Positions 29,173-41,300 of a stretch of DNA of 64,000 nucleotides are shown here, piece after piece. Under the pieces are notes generated by a model that saw only the letters and a program-made list of their open reading frames with translations, was not told the DNA's origin and made no database searches. Source of the DNA: Allosphingosinicella sp. (GTDB lineage: Bacteria; Pseudomonadota; Alphaproteobacteria; Sphingomonadales; Sphingomonadaceae); NCBI GenBank assembly GCA_036387555.1, contig DASVTN010000014.1, positions 1,734 to 65,733 on the forward strand. The letters run 5' to 3'. The translations under genes were made by a program, and so were the position numbers. The stretch's first letter is position 1. Each line of letters opens with the position of its first letter.

Positions 29173-30066
29173 GTGCCCTTGACCCGTCCCGTTCCCAAAG
29201 AAGCCGTCCTCGTCGTCAACGCCGCCTCCCGGAAGGGGCAGGCGCTGTTCCGCGAAGCCGTGGACAAGCTCAAGGCGGCCGGCGTGACCCTGATCGCCGC
29301 CCACGCGCTTCGCGACCCACGCAAGCTGGTTCCGACCGTCAAGGAGGCGGTCCGCGGCGGCGCTCCGATGGTGATCGTCGGCGGCGGCGACGGCTCGCTT
29401 TCCTACACCGTCGACGAGGTGGTGGGCCGGGAATGCGTCTTCGCCCTTCTCCCGCTCGGGACCGCCAACAGCTTCGCCCGGACGCTCGGAATCCCGCTCG
29501 ACCTCGACGGGGCGATCGCCACCATCGCGACCGGGCAGCGGCGGCGCATCGATCTCGGGATGATCAACGACGATTATTTCGCCAATTGCGCGGCGATGGG
29601 CCTCTCCCCGATGATTGGCGAGGGCGTTCCGCACAACCTCAAGCGCTATCTCGGCCGGGTCGGCTATCTGATCTGGGCCGTCTGGTGCCTGATCCGCTTC
29701 CACGCCTTCAGGCTCACCGTGCGCGGCGACGGGATCGACGAGACCCTTTGGGCGACCGAGGTCCGGATCGCCAACGGCGGGCATCATGGCGGCGTGGAGC
29801 TGATCGAGAGCGCCGAGCTCGACAGCGGCCAGATCATCGTCCAGGCCGTCGTCGGCCGGCGGGCCTCGAGCCTGGTCTGGGACTGGTTCGCCAAATATTT
29901 CAAGCTTCCCACCCGCAACCGGACCACGCGCGAATTCCACGGAACCCGGCTCACCATCGAGACTCGGCCCCGCCAGCGGATCTCGATCGACGGGGAGGTG
30001 CTGGCCAGGACTCCGGTCGTCGCCCAGGTCGCCGAGCACGCCATCGAGGTCGTGGTGCCGGCCTGA
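29173..30066 (+). CDS. Diacylglycerol/lipid kinase family protein
   Basis: VVNAASRKG, GGGDGS, LPLGTANSFAR, SIDGE. Confidence 0.88.
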   Translation: MPLTRPVPKEAVLVVNAASRKGQALFREAVDKLKAAGVTLIAAHALRDPRKLVPTVKEAVRGGAPMVIVGGGDGSLSYTVDEVVGRECVFALLPLGTANSFARTLGIPLDLDGAIATIATGQRRRIDLGMINDDYFANCAAMGLSPMIGEGVPHNLKRYLGRVGYLIWAVWCLIRFHAFRLTVRGDGIDETLWATEVRIANGGHHGGVELIESAELDSGQIIVQAVVGRRASSLVWDWFAKYFKLPTRNRTTREFHGTRLTIETRPRQRISIDGEVLARTPVVAQVAEHAIEVVVPA

Positions 30067-30091
30067 AAGTCGCGCTTGATCGGGCGGCTAT

Positions 30092-30106
30092 GTTCATGCT
30101 ATGTTC
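30092..30106. promoter_or_regulatory. Alphaproteobacterial LexA (SOS) box
   Basis: GTTC-atgctat-GTTC, exact GTTC-N7-GTTC. Confidence 0.6.
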
Positions 30107-30328
30107 GGAAGCTCTTTGAAAATTCGAGATCGTTTCCGCCGCACCGACTGCGGCGTTCCTTGTTCGTGATCCTGAAGCCGTTTCCGTCTCCACGGTGCAT
30201 GGACAGCCAGAAAGTGGCGAATTGAAGCGTAATGAGGCGATTCCATCACTTCCGACCACTTCCGACCACTTCCTCGAGATTCGAACTGGCGAGAGCGGTT
30301 CTCCTGTTTTCCCAGTTAGAACAGCGAG

Positions 30329-31798
30329 TTAGCCGGTAGGATTGAGCCGTCCGCCCGGCTCGGCAGCCGCCTGTGCCTCTTCCACGCATTCCTCCGGACC
30401 CGGCGGCGGCTCCATGCGGCTCTTCCGCCACCCGCCGTGCAGGTAGAAGGCGATGGCCATCGCCATGTTGGCGAAGGAGCTGACCGGGAAGCTGAGCCAC
30501 AAGGCGTCGGCCCCCAACCAGGGATAGGCGCCGAGGGCGAAGCCGAGCCGGATCGGCACCAGCCCGACGAACAGGATGATCAGCGGCCAGATGACCGCGC
30601 CGTTCGCCCGGACGGTTCCGAACAGGACCAGAGTCACGCCGAACAGCAGGAAGCTCCAGGTGGCGAGGATCTGGATGTGGCGGGCGATCGGCAGCGCCTC
30701 GCTGTCGCTTCCCAGGAACAGCGCCAGGGCGGGCCGGTCGGCGAGCGCGAGCAGGACGACCAGCCCCGCGGTGATCGCGAGCGCGAACGTCACTCCCGAG
30801 CGGGTGATGGCGCTCACCCGGTCCCAGCGGCCGGCCCCGATATTCTGGGCGACCATCGCGCTCACCGCGGCGCCGAGCGCCATCGCCGGCATCTGCAGAT
30901 AGGTCCAAAGCTGCATCGCCACTCCGAACGCCGCCGCCGTATGCACGCCCTCCCGGTTGACGAGCCCGATCAGTGCCAGCGCGGAGGCCGAGATGACGAT
31001 CATCTGGAGCCCCATCGGAAGGCCCTTGCGAAGGATCGTCGCGAGCAGCGTCGGATCGGGCTTGAGATAGCGCAGCTCGGCGCCGCGCAGCCGAAGCGGC
31101 AGGTCCCGCCAGTAGACGTAGGCGAGAAGCGAGGCGAGGCTGACGTAATTGGCGATCACGGTCGCCGTCGCCGCTCCCGCGATCCCGAGCCTTGGAGCGG
31201 GGCCGAGCCCGAGGATGAAGACCGGATTGAGGCCGCTGTCGAGCGCCACCGCGAGGATCATGAACCACAGGGGCGTCAGCGAGTCGCCGCTGCCCCTCAG
31301 AGCCATCATCCAGGAGACCATGACCAGCGCCGGCGGCATCGCGATGAAGATCACTCGAAGGTAGGCGAGCGCGAGCGGCGCCGATTCCGGCGGCGTTCCC
31401 AGCATGTCGAGGATCGCCGGCGCGAACAGCCACCCGGCGCCGGCGCCGGCCGCCGCGACCAGCGCGAAGGCGCCGGTGCCGGTTCCGATCACCCGGCGCG
31501 CTCCGTCGATGTCGCCGCCGCCGAACCTCTGGCCGATGAGGATGGTGGTGGCCATGCTGAAGCCGAAGACGAAGGCCGTCAGCAGGAACATGACGATGTT
31601 GGCGTTGGAAGTGGCGGCGAGCGCCTCCTCGCCGAGGAAGCGGCCGACCCAGACGGCGTTGATCGAGCCGTTCAGCGACTGCAGGATCGAGGAGCCGAGC
31701 GTGGGAAGCGCGAAGGCGAGCAGGGTCGGACCGATGGGGCCGGAAATGAGGTCGCGGTGGCCTGGGCGGGCCGATCCCGAACGCTCCTCGCTGCTCAC
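30329..31798 (-). CDS. MATE family efflux transporter
   Basis: ~12 TM, VGRFLGEEALAA, LRGSGDSLTPL, GIAGAATAT, AQNIGAG. Confidence 0.92.
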   Translation of the reverse strand: MSSEERSGSARPGHRDLISGPIGPTLLAFALPTLGSSILQSLNGSINAVWVGRFLGEEALAATSNANIVMFLLTAFVFGFSMATTILIGQRFGGGDIDGARRVIGTGTGAFALVAAAGAGAGWLFAPAILDMLGTPPESAPLALAYLRVIFIAMPPALVMVSWMMALRGSGDSLTPLWFMILAVALDSGLNPVFILGLGPAPRLGIAGAATATVIANYVSLASLLAYVYWRDLPLRLRGAELRYLKPDPTLLATILRKGLPMGLQMIVISASALALIGLVNREGVHTAAAFGVAMQLWTYLQMPAMALGAAVSAMVAQNIGAGRWDRVSAITRSGVTFALAITAGLVVLLALADRPALALFLGSDSEALPIARHIQILATWSFLLFGVTLVLFGTVRANGAVIWPLIILFVGLVPIRLGFALGAYPWLGADALWLSFPVSSFANMAMAIAFYLHGGWRKSRMEPPPGPEECVEEAQAAAEPGGRLNPTG

Positions 31799-31799
31799 G

Positions 31800-31939
31800 C
31801 CCCTCTCCCGTCCTTCACGGGAGAGGAGGGCCCCGCCGCGAAGCGGTGGGAGGTGAGGGTCTTGCTGAGTCCGGTGTACAGACCCTCACCTCCCAAGCTT
31901 CGCTTTGGCCCCTCCTCTCCCGCGGAAAGCGGGAGAGGG
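31800..31939. repeat. Palindromic RPE-like element related to family B
   Basis: CCCTCTCCCG...GGGAGAGG...GGGAGGTGAGGGT...ACCCTCACCTCCC...CCTCTCCCG...GGGAGAGGG. Confidence 0.8.
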
Positions 31940-31965
31940 AATGGAGGTGCCCCGGACGTCACCGG

Positions 31966-34665
<2,700 letters not shown>

Positions 34666-34684
34666 GGGACGGCGCTTAGACAAT

Positions 34685-34768
34685 CCGTCATCCCGGCGAA
34701 AGCCGGGACCTCGGGGAGACCCGCCGCGCCTTCTCGCCCTGAGGTCCCGGCTTTCGCCAGGATGGCGG
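34685..34768. repeat. REP-like inverted repeat, family A
   Basis: Reverse-orientation relative of 616-701. Confidence 0.85.
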
Positions 34769-34770
34769 GG

Positions 34771-35184
34771 CTAAAGCGATTTTCCCGTGATCCGGGCGAT
34801 CTCGCGGGTGACCAGCTCCTCCACCATGTCCGGGAGGTTGCGGTCCAGCCAGTCCTTGAGGAGAGGCTTCAGCATTTCGCGAACCGTGGCGCCCAGGGCG
34901 GCATCGTCCGCCGGCGCCGCCTCCGCCCGCTCCCGAAGGGTTGCCAGCGCGGCAAGCGACTGACGGCTCGCGATGGCCGCGTCGTCCGAGACGAGGCCGG
35001 GGCCTTCGCCCACCGGATCCTGCAGCTCCAATATGTCGTCGTCGGCGGGCGGCGCCGGCCGAGGGGCTTCCGAAGGCCTGGATCCGCGGGCAGGACGCGC
35101 GGCCGGGCGCGCGTCCTCGGCGATCACCCGTTTGATGGAGGCGAGAATGTCCTCCATCGAGGGTTCCTGGTTGATTTCCCCCAT
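34771..35184 (-). CDS. popZ: Pole-organizing protein PopZ / DUF2497
   Basis: EPSMEDILASIKRVI N-terminus; VREMLKPLLKDWLDRNLP...EIARI C-terminus; synteny with tolC and valS. Confidence 0.88.
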   Translation of the reverse strand: MGEINQEPSMEDILASIKRVIAEDARPAARPARGSRPSEAPRPAPPADDDILELQDPVGEGPGLVSDDAAIASRQSLAALATLRERAEAAPADDAALGATVREMLKPLLKDWLDRNLPDMVEELVTREIARITGKSL

Positions 35185-35201
35185 AGCGAGGACTTTATCG
35201 C

Positions 35202-36623
35202 TTATTCCGACCGTGGTGTCACGGGGGTGTTTGGAGGTCCGGAAACCGTGCGGGTGGAAACCGGCTGCGGCGCCGGATCCTGGGACCAGTCGCTGGAGCG
35301 GCGAGAGACCCGGCGGTAATTGACCAGGGGATCGTACAGCGCCCCGCCGTCGAGGTTCAGATCCTCCGCCTCGGCCCGGCCCATGGCGTTGATCAGCGCG
35401 AAGCCGGCGACATAGGCGTCGCGCCGCGCCGTGACGAGCGCGACCTGGCTGTTGAGCAATTCCTGCTCCGCGTTCAGCACGTCGAGCACGTTGCGGGTGC
35501 CCACCGTCTGCTCCGCCCGCGTGCCCTCGAGGGCCAGCGTATTGGCGTTGACCGCCACCTGGTTCGATTCGATCGCGCCCAGGGCCGCCTGATAGGTGGC
35601 GAAGGCGCCGCGGACGTTCGCCACGACCAGCCGCTCGATCTCCACCCCGCGCTCCAGGAACTGGCTCTGCACCGCCTGGGCGCGGCGGACCTGGGCTCCC
35701 ACGAGGCCGCCCTGATAGATCGGGATACGGGCGGAAAGGCCGACGCTTGCGCTGGTCGCGGTCCCACCGATTCCGGTCGGCGCCGAGCCCAGGTAGTTGA
35801 TGGTGTCGCCGCTGCTGACGGCGGACACCGTGGGCAGCCGGTCCGAACGGGCGATCGAGACGTCCCGTCCCGCGGCCCGGATCTGGGCGGCGATCGCCTG
35901 CAGGTCCGAATTGTTGGCGAGCGCGATCTCGACGGCCTGGTCAGGAGTGCCGGGGAGTGCCGGCAGCGGATCGGGCGGCGCGAGCTCTTCGGGCAGCTCG
36001 CCGATGACCCGGCGGTAATTCTCCTCGCTCGATTCGAGCCGGCCCTCCGCCGTGGCGAGGCTGCTTTGGGCAAGCGCCAGCCGGGCCTCCGATTGGGCGA
36101 CGTCGGTTCGGGTGAGATCGCCGACCTCGAAGCGGTCGCGGCTGGCCTGGAGGTTCGTCTCCAGCACCCGCACCTGATTGCGGTTGAGGGTGACGATCGA
36201 GCGGTCGCGGATCACGTCCATGTAGGCGCCCACCGCCTCGGTGAAGATGTCGCCCTCTGTCGCCCGCAGATTGGCGCGCCCGGCGAGGACCCGCTCGTCG
36301 GCGGCGCGGATGGCGTTGCGCACCCTTCCGCCGTTGAACAGGGGATAGCTGAGGTCGACGCCGGCATTGACGCTCCGGCCCGGCACGGCGCCGCGCCGGA
36401 TGATGTTCTGGTTGACTCCCGCCACTCCGGAGACCTGCGGCCGCCCTTGCGAGCGAGCCACCGCGACATCCTCGTCGAGCGAACGAAGCTGCGCCCGCTG
36501 CGCCATGATCGTGGGGTTGGTTCTGTAGGTTTCGACGAGCGCCTCGCGCAGCGTCTCGGCGCTTGCCCCGGCCCCCGCCAGCAATGCCCCGGCCGCAACC
36601 GCGGCCAACAACCCTCCCCGCAT
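35202..36623 (-). CDS. tolC: TolC family outer membrane channel
   Basis: AETLREAL, RFEVGDLTRTDVAQSEARL, VGTRNVLDVLNAEQEL. Confidence 0.92.
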   Translation of the reverse strand: MRGGLLAAVAAGALLAGAGASAETLREALVETYRTNPTIMAQRAQLRSLDEDVAVARSQGRPQVSGVAGVNQNIIRRGAVPGRSVNAGVDLSYPLFNGGRVRNAIRAADERVLAGRANLRATEGDIFTEAVGAYMDVIRDRSIVTLNRNQVRVLETNLQASRDRFEVGDLTRTDVAQSEARLALAQSSLATAEGRLESSEENYRRVIGELPEELAPPDPLPALPGTPDQAVEIALANNSDLQAIAAQIRAAGRDVSIARSDRLPTVSAVSSGDTINYLGSAPTGIGGTATSASVGLSARIPIYQGGLVGAQVRRAQAVQSQFLERGVEIERLVVANVRGAFATYQAALGAIESNQVAVNANTLALEGTRAEQTVGTRNVLDVLNAEQELLNSQVALVTARRDAYVAGFALINAMGRAEAEDLNLDGGALYDPLVNYRRVSRRSSDWSQDPAPQPVSTRTVSGPPNTPVTPRSE

Positions 36624-36639
36624 CTACCCTACTCCGCTC

Positions 36640-37290
36640 TCAAAATGTAAATGCCCGCGGCTTCGCGAAGCCCGGCAGGATCGCCGCCGCGACATCGGTA
36701 AATGCCGCCATTCCAAACCCTTCGCCCGCCCGGCGGCCGATGGCAAGCCGGGTCACCCCGTTCTCGAGCAGGCCGGCCGCGAGCCGGCCCTTGTCCGCCA
36801 GTTGCGCCACAAGCGCGTCCGGGACGGATTCGACCGCTCCGTCGATCAGGATGAGATCGTAGGGCGCTCCCTCTTCGAAACCCTGGGTCAGCGGCCCCTC
36901 GACCAGCTTCACGCCGCTCGCGGCGAGGTTGGCGCGCGCCTCGGCGGCGAGCTCGGCATCCTCCTCGACCGCCACGACCGACCCCACCAGCCGAGCCAGG
37001 ACGGCGGCGGCGTAGCCGGTCGCGGCGCCGACCACCAGCGCCCGCTCGCCGGGCCTCGGCGCCGCCTCGGTCAACAGACGGCCGAGCGACATCGGATTGT
37101 TGAGATGGCGCCCGGGCTTCAGCGGGACAAGCGCGTCGGCATAAGCGAGCGGAGCCCGGCCCGCGGGCACGAACCGCTCCCGCGGCACCTCGCCCATCAC
37201 GGCGAGAACCCGCGGGTCGTTCGTTCCCGTCGTCCGCAGCTGGCTTGCGATCATCGCGCGCCGCATCTGTTCGAAATTGTGCTCGGTCAT
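36640..37290 (-). CDS. pcm: Protein-L-isoaspartate O-methyltransferase family
   Basis: MIASQLRT, VPRERFVP, VGAATGYAAA, APYDLILIDGA. Confidence 0.88.
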   Translation of the reverse strand: MTEHNFEQMRRAMIASQLRTTGTNDPRVLAVMGEVPRERFVPAGRAPLAYADALVPLKPGRHLNNPMSLGRLLTEAAPRPGERALVVGAATGYAAAVLARLVGSVVAVEEDAELAAEARANLAASGVKLVEGPLTQGFEEGAPYDLILIDGAVESVPDALVAQLADKGRLAAGLLENGVTRLAIGRRAGEGFGMAAFTDVAAAILPGFAKPRAFTF

Positions 37291-37551
37291 CTCCGCGCTC
37301 TCATGGCATAACTGTCTTATTGGTGCAATACACCTTCGCTCGTCACCGAGGCTTTATCGGCAAGCCTTCGGCACGCCAAGCGGTTAGTCCCCTCCCAGCC
37401 ATGATCAGCAAGAGCCGTGCCAGCATCCGCCCCCAAGGCCGGCGGGCGGCCGGCGTGGGCCGGGTGTACGGATGCGGACAAGTCCGTCCGCGCGCGGACA
37501 GCGGGAAAGGAGGTTGACTTGAGAAGCGATCCTGCACAAGTCCTGCCCGGC

Positions 37552-37625
37552 GGCCCGATGGCGGAGTGGTTACGCAGAGGACTGCAAATCCTTGCACGCC
37601 GGTTCGATTCCGGCTCGGGCCTCCA
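37552..37625 (+). tRNA. tRNA-Cys (anticodon GCA)
   Basis: GGCCCGATGGCGGAGTGGTTACGCAGAGGACTGCAAATCCT...GGTTCGATTCCGGCTCGGGCCTCCA, 74 nt; TTGACT -35-like hexamer at 37514. Confidence 0.97.
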
Positions 37626-37784
37626 CCCGGCTGCCGATCTCACGCCAAGCCGCCCCTTCTTTCAAGCTGCGGCGGCGCGAGGTCACATCCAGCAAAAAGG
37701 CGAGCGCTGCTCCACTTCACTTGCGGCGCCGGCCAAGGCCCGGACCGCCCGGGATCCAGAAAAAAGCGTCCGGCTAGCTTCCGA

Positions 37785-38321
37785 CTATAGGTCCGCGGCG
37801 GCCGCTTCGATCGCTTCCTTGAGCTTCGCGCCCGCGTCGGCATCGACGGCCGTGACCTTGCGCTCTCCGGTGGCGGGATCGGTCTGGTGGAACTTGAAGG
37901 CGCGCCCCGCGAGCGGCCCGGAGATCAGATCCGCGATCATGATCTCGCGGTGGCGGTTCCGGCTATCGGCGAACGGCGCCACCAGGTCGACGAGCCAGAT
38001 CTCGCCGCCTTCATTCCACTCCTCGAGGGTCAGCCGGTTTTCCGGCTCGATCATTCCGCGCTCCAGCTTTCCGGCCGTTTGCGGCGAGCATTGCGCCCAC
38101 AAGGCGAGGCCGATCGGGCGATCGCCGTCCCGGAAAATATAGAATTGCTGATGGATCAGCGGCGGCATGATCAGCCATTCGAGATCGCCGATCGCGAAAC
38201 CCCGGTGAAGCGGCGACTGGGTCAGCAGCCACGTCATCTCCCCCAGGAGATGGCTGACCGTGACGGGGCCCGAGCCCGAGCCCGCCGCTTGTGGCGATTC
38301 GCCTTGTGATGCCATGTCCAA
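37785..38321 (-). CDS. RTX toxin-activating lysine acyltransferase (HlyC family)
   Basis: LGEMTWLLTQSPLH, PIGLALWA, EWNEGGEIWLVDLVAPF; starts 8 nt after the giant RTX gene. Confidence 0.92.
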   Translation of the reverse strand: MDMASQGESPQAAGSGSGPVTVSHLLGEMTWLLTQSPLHRGFAIGDLEWLIMPPLIHQQFYIFRDGDRPIGLALWAQCSPQTAGKLERGMIEPENRLTLEEWNEGGEIWLVDLVAPFADSRNRHREIMIADLISGPLAGRAFKFHQTDPATGERKVTAVDADAGAKLKEAIEAAAADL

Positions 38322-38328
38322 CCTCCCG

Positions 38329-41300
38329 TCAGGCGAAATAGTCGAAGGTCTGCGACGCCTGGTGCCGCCCCTTCCACTCGCCTTCGCCGGAACGCAAGCC
38401 GAAGCTCGCCATGTCCTGCACCATCCTCGCCAGACGGAGTTCGTCGGCGGGGGCGACGGCGGTGGCGGCCGCCGCCTCGGCCTGCGCCGATTCTTCCTCC
38501 TTCACCGGGACCTGCAGGGCGGGAACGTCCATCTGGACGAGGCTCGTTTCCCGCTTCACGACCGCATCCTGGGCCCGATCGTGGCGCTCGAACGCCGAAT
38601 CGCCGTCGGCGGCGAGTGAGAGGAACGGCCGCGAGTTGAGGCCGGCCCTCAGGGACTCGAGCTTCCCGCTGAGCCGTTCGTCGAATGCGCGGGCGGCCGT
38701 CGCCGGGTCGGAGCGCAGGGTCGCGGCCACCTGCCGGATCGCCGAGGCCGCGCTCGCGGCCGGCTTGCCCGGACGGAAGGCCAGGGCCGCGTCGCCGACG
38801 CTGCCGATCGAGCCGTCGGCGCGGGTGAAGGTCGAGGTGGCGAGCAGTGCGTTGCGGCCGATCTTCACCGTCGTATCGGCCGCCGCGCGGGCCGCCAGCC
38901 CGACCGACGCGATGCCGCGGTCGGCGAGCGACTGAAGCTCGCCGGCCTCGGTGACTCCGTTGCCGTTGGCGTCCACCCAGATCTTCAGCTCGCCGAAGCG
39001 CGAGTCCTTGGAGTCGATCGACCCGTTCTTGTCGGAGTCGAGCGCGGCGAGGGCGTCGAGCCCGCTCTTCGCATCGGGCTTGAGCCCGAGCAGCGAGAGC
39101 TCGGCGGGCGAGGTGATCCGGCCGTCGCCGTCGAGGTCGACCACCAGGAAGCCGTCCTGCCTTGAGATCCAGCCGGTATCGTCGCGGCTGCCATTGCCGT
39201 CCATGTCGAAACGGGCCTTCGACTTGCCGCGCCGAGTCAGCTCCACCCCGTCGCCGTCGAGATCGAGGACCAGAGGGGCGACGAGGCCCACCGTGCCGTT
39301 CCTGAAGCTCAGCAGCGATCCGGGGCGGACCTCCTGCACTCGGCTGTCGACCGCGCCTTCGGGCTTGTTGCCGGTGACGAACAGGCTGCCGCCGGAGGCC
39401 GTCATCGAATAGCGGCCCTCACGGCCTTCGAAGCTGCGCTTGGCAAGCTCGGCCGCCTGCGGCGCCAGATCGGCTTTCGCCTGGGCGCTGCTCCGGGCGG
39501 CCGGCGAATCCTCCGGCTCCCCCTCACCGGTCATGGCCGGGGCGTTCTGCGCCTCCATGACCTGCGGTATTTCCATCATCATCGTTCCATCCTTGCGTAA
39601 GTTCTTGTGGTCCGCCGCCTTCGGCTCCGCGGCCGGGCCGGCCGGCGCGGCGCCGCCGTCCCAGCCCGAGAAAGCCACCGTCGAATCGCCTCCGCCCGGC
39701 AGATAGGCGAGGCCGGCGTCGAGCAGGCCGCCCGTGCTTCCGTCGTCACGGGTGAAGCTGCCTTTGGCGAAGATCAGGTTGGAGCCGCTCGACTGACCGC
39801 CCCCGGCCAGCTTCTCGCCGCCCAGGGAAATCGAGGCGATCCCCGCCTGCTCGAGGGTGCGCAGCTCACCGCGGTTCGAAGTGCCGTCGCCGTTGCGGTC
39901 GAACCACAGGCGGAAGTCGCCAAATCGTTCGTCGAGGGCGCTGAACAGACCGTCAGCGTTGGTGTCGAACCCGGCGAGCCCTTCGAGATCGGTCTGGGCG
40001 CCGGGCTTGTCGCCCGTGAAGGAGATCTCGCCGACATCGTTCACGATCCCGTCGCCGTTCCTGTCGAGCGCGAGGAGGGCGTCGCCGCGGGCGATCCAGC
40101 CGGTGCGGTCGGCGACTCCGTCGCCGTCCATGTCGAAGCGGGCCTCGCTCTCGCGGATCGAGACCAGGCCCGAGCCGTCGCCGTCATAATCGATCACGAT
40201 CGGAGCGGCGATCGTGTCGAGGTTGGACGGATCGTAGGCGAAGAAGACGTCGCCGACCGCGTGCGACACACCCGTTCCGTCAGTCCACTGCGTGGTCGCG
40301 TAGAGCACGTTGTCGGTGCCCGCCGGCTCCTGGCCGGTCCGGACCAGATCGAGGTTGATGGAGCTCACGCCGGCCTCGGCGAGCGAGCGCAGCTCGCCGG
40401 CCTGGCTCACGCCGTCCTGGTTGGAGTCGCGCCAGATTCTGAACTCGCCGTAGCGCGCGTCGCCAGCGTCGAGCGAGCCGTCGCCGTCGCTGTCATAGGC
40501 CTTCAGTCCCTCGAGGTCCGAGGTGGCGCCGCTGACGTCGCCGACGAAGGAAATCTCGCTGATCTGGTTGATCATGCCGTCTCCGTCGCGGTCGAGGGCG
40601 AGAAGGCCGTCGTCCGCGCCGACCCAGCCGGTCGAGTCCTTCACACCGTCCGCGTCCATGTCGAACTTCACGGTCGAGCCGTTGTAGGAGACAAGCTCGA
40701 TCCCGTCGCCGTCGAGGTCGAGCACGACGGGCGGAACGGTCGAGTTGCGGCGCAGGAAGGTGACCTTGTAGGGCACCGTCGTGGTCAGGCCGGCCGAGTC
40801 CGTTACGTAGAGGTCGAAGCTGTATTCGATGCTGAGCGTGCGGCGCTGGCTGTTGATCTTGGTGCCGCCCTCCCAGTCCGGATCGCCATAGACCGTGAAG
40901 CCGAGGGTTCCGTAGGAGTCCATGGTCAGCACCGGATAGCCGCCGTCGATCTCGTCGGCGCCCCCGTAGGTGACGTTGATCTCGCGGGTGACCTGGTTGC
41001 CGATCGAATAGGTGAGGCCCCGGCCCTCGGGATCGTTCGCGTAGATGTTGACGATCGAGCCGTTGTTGCGGTCCGAGCGGACGTAGTAATCGGTGTAGGT
41101 GTTCATTACCACCGCGCCGCCGCCCGAGCGGTAGATCCCCGCGGAAGTCACCGTCACCGGCTCGTTGACGTCCGCCACGGTCACCTGGAGGTTCGAGGTC
41201 GCCGCATAGCCGATGCCGTCGTCGACCGCCTGGACCGCGAGGTTGAAGACCGCCCGGCTCGGATCGAAGGTGGTGACCGGGTAGGTGACCTCCTCGTAGC

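Noticed and set aside
30247-30273. CRISPR array
   Set aside because: Only a 10-bp tandem unit with no spacers; no repeat-spacer array or cas gene seen in the window.
37552-37784. RTX locus as an island integrated at tRNA-Cys
   Set aside because: Adjacency is suggestive, but no duplicated tRNA 3' end or integrase is visible in the window.
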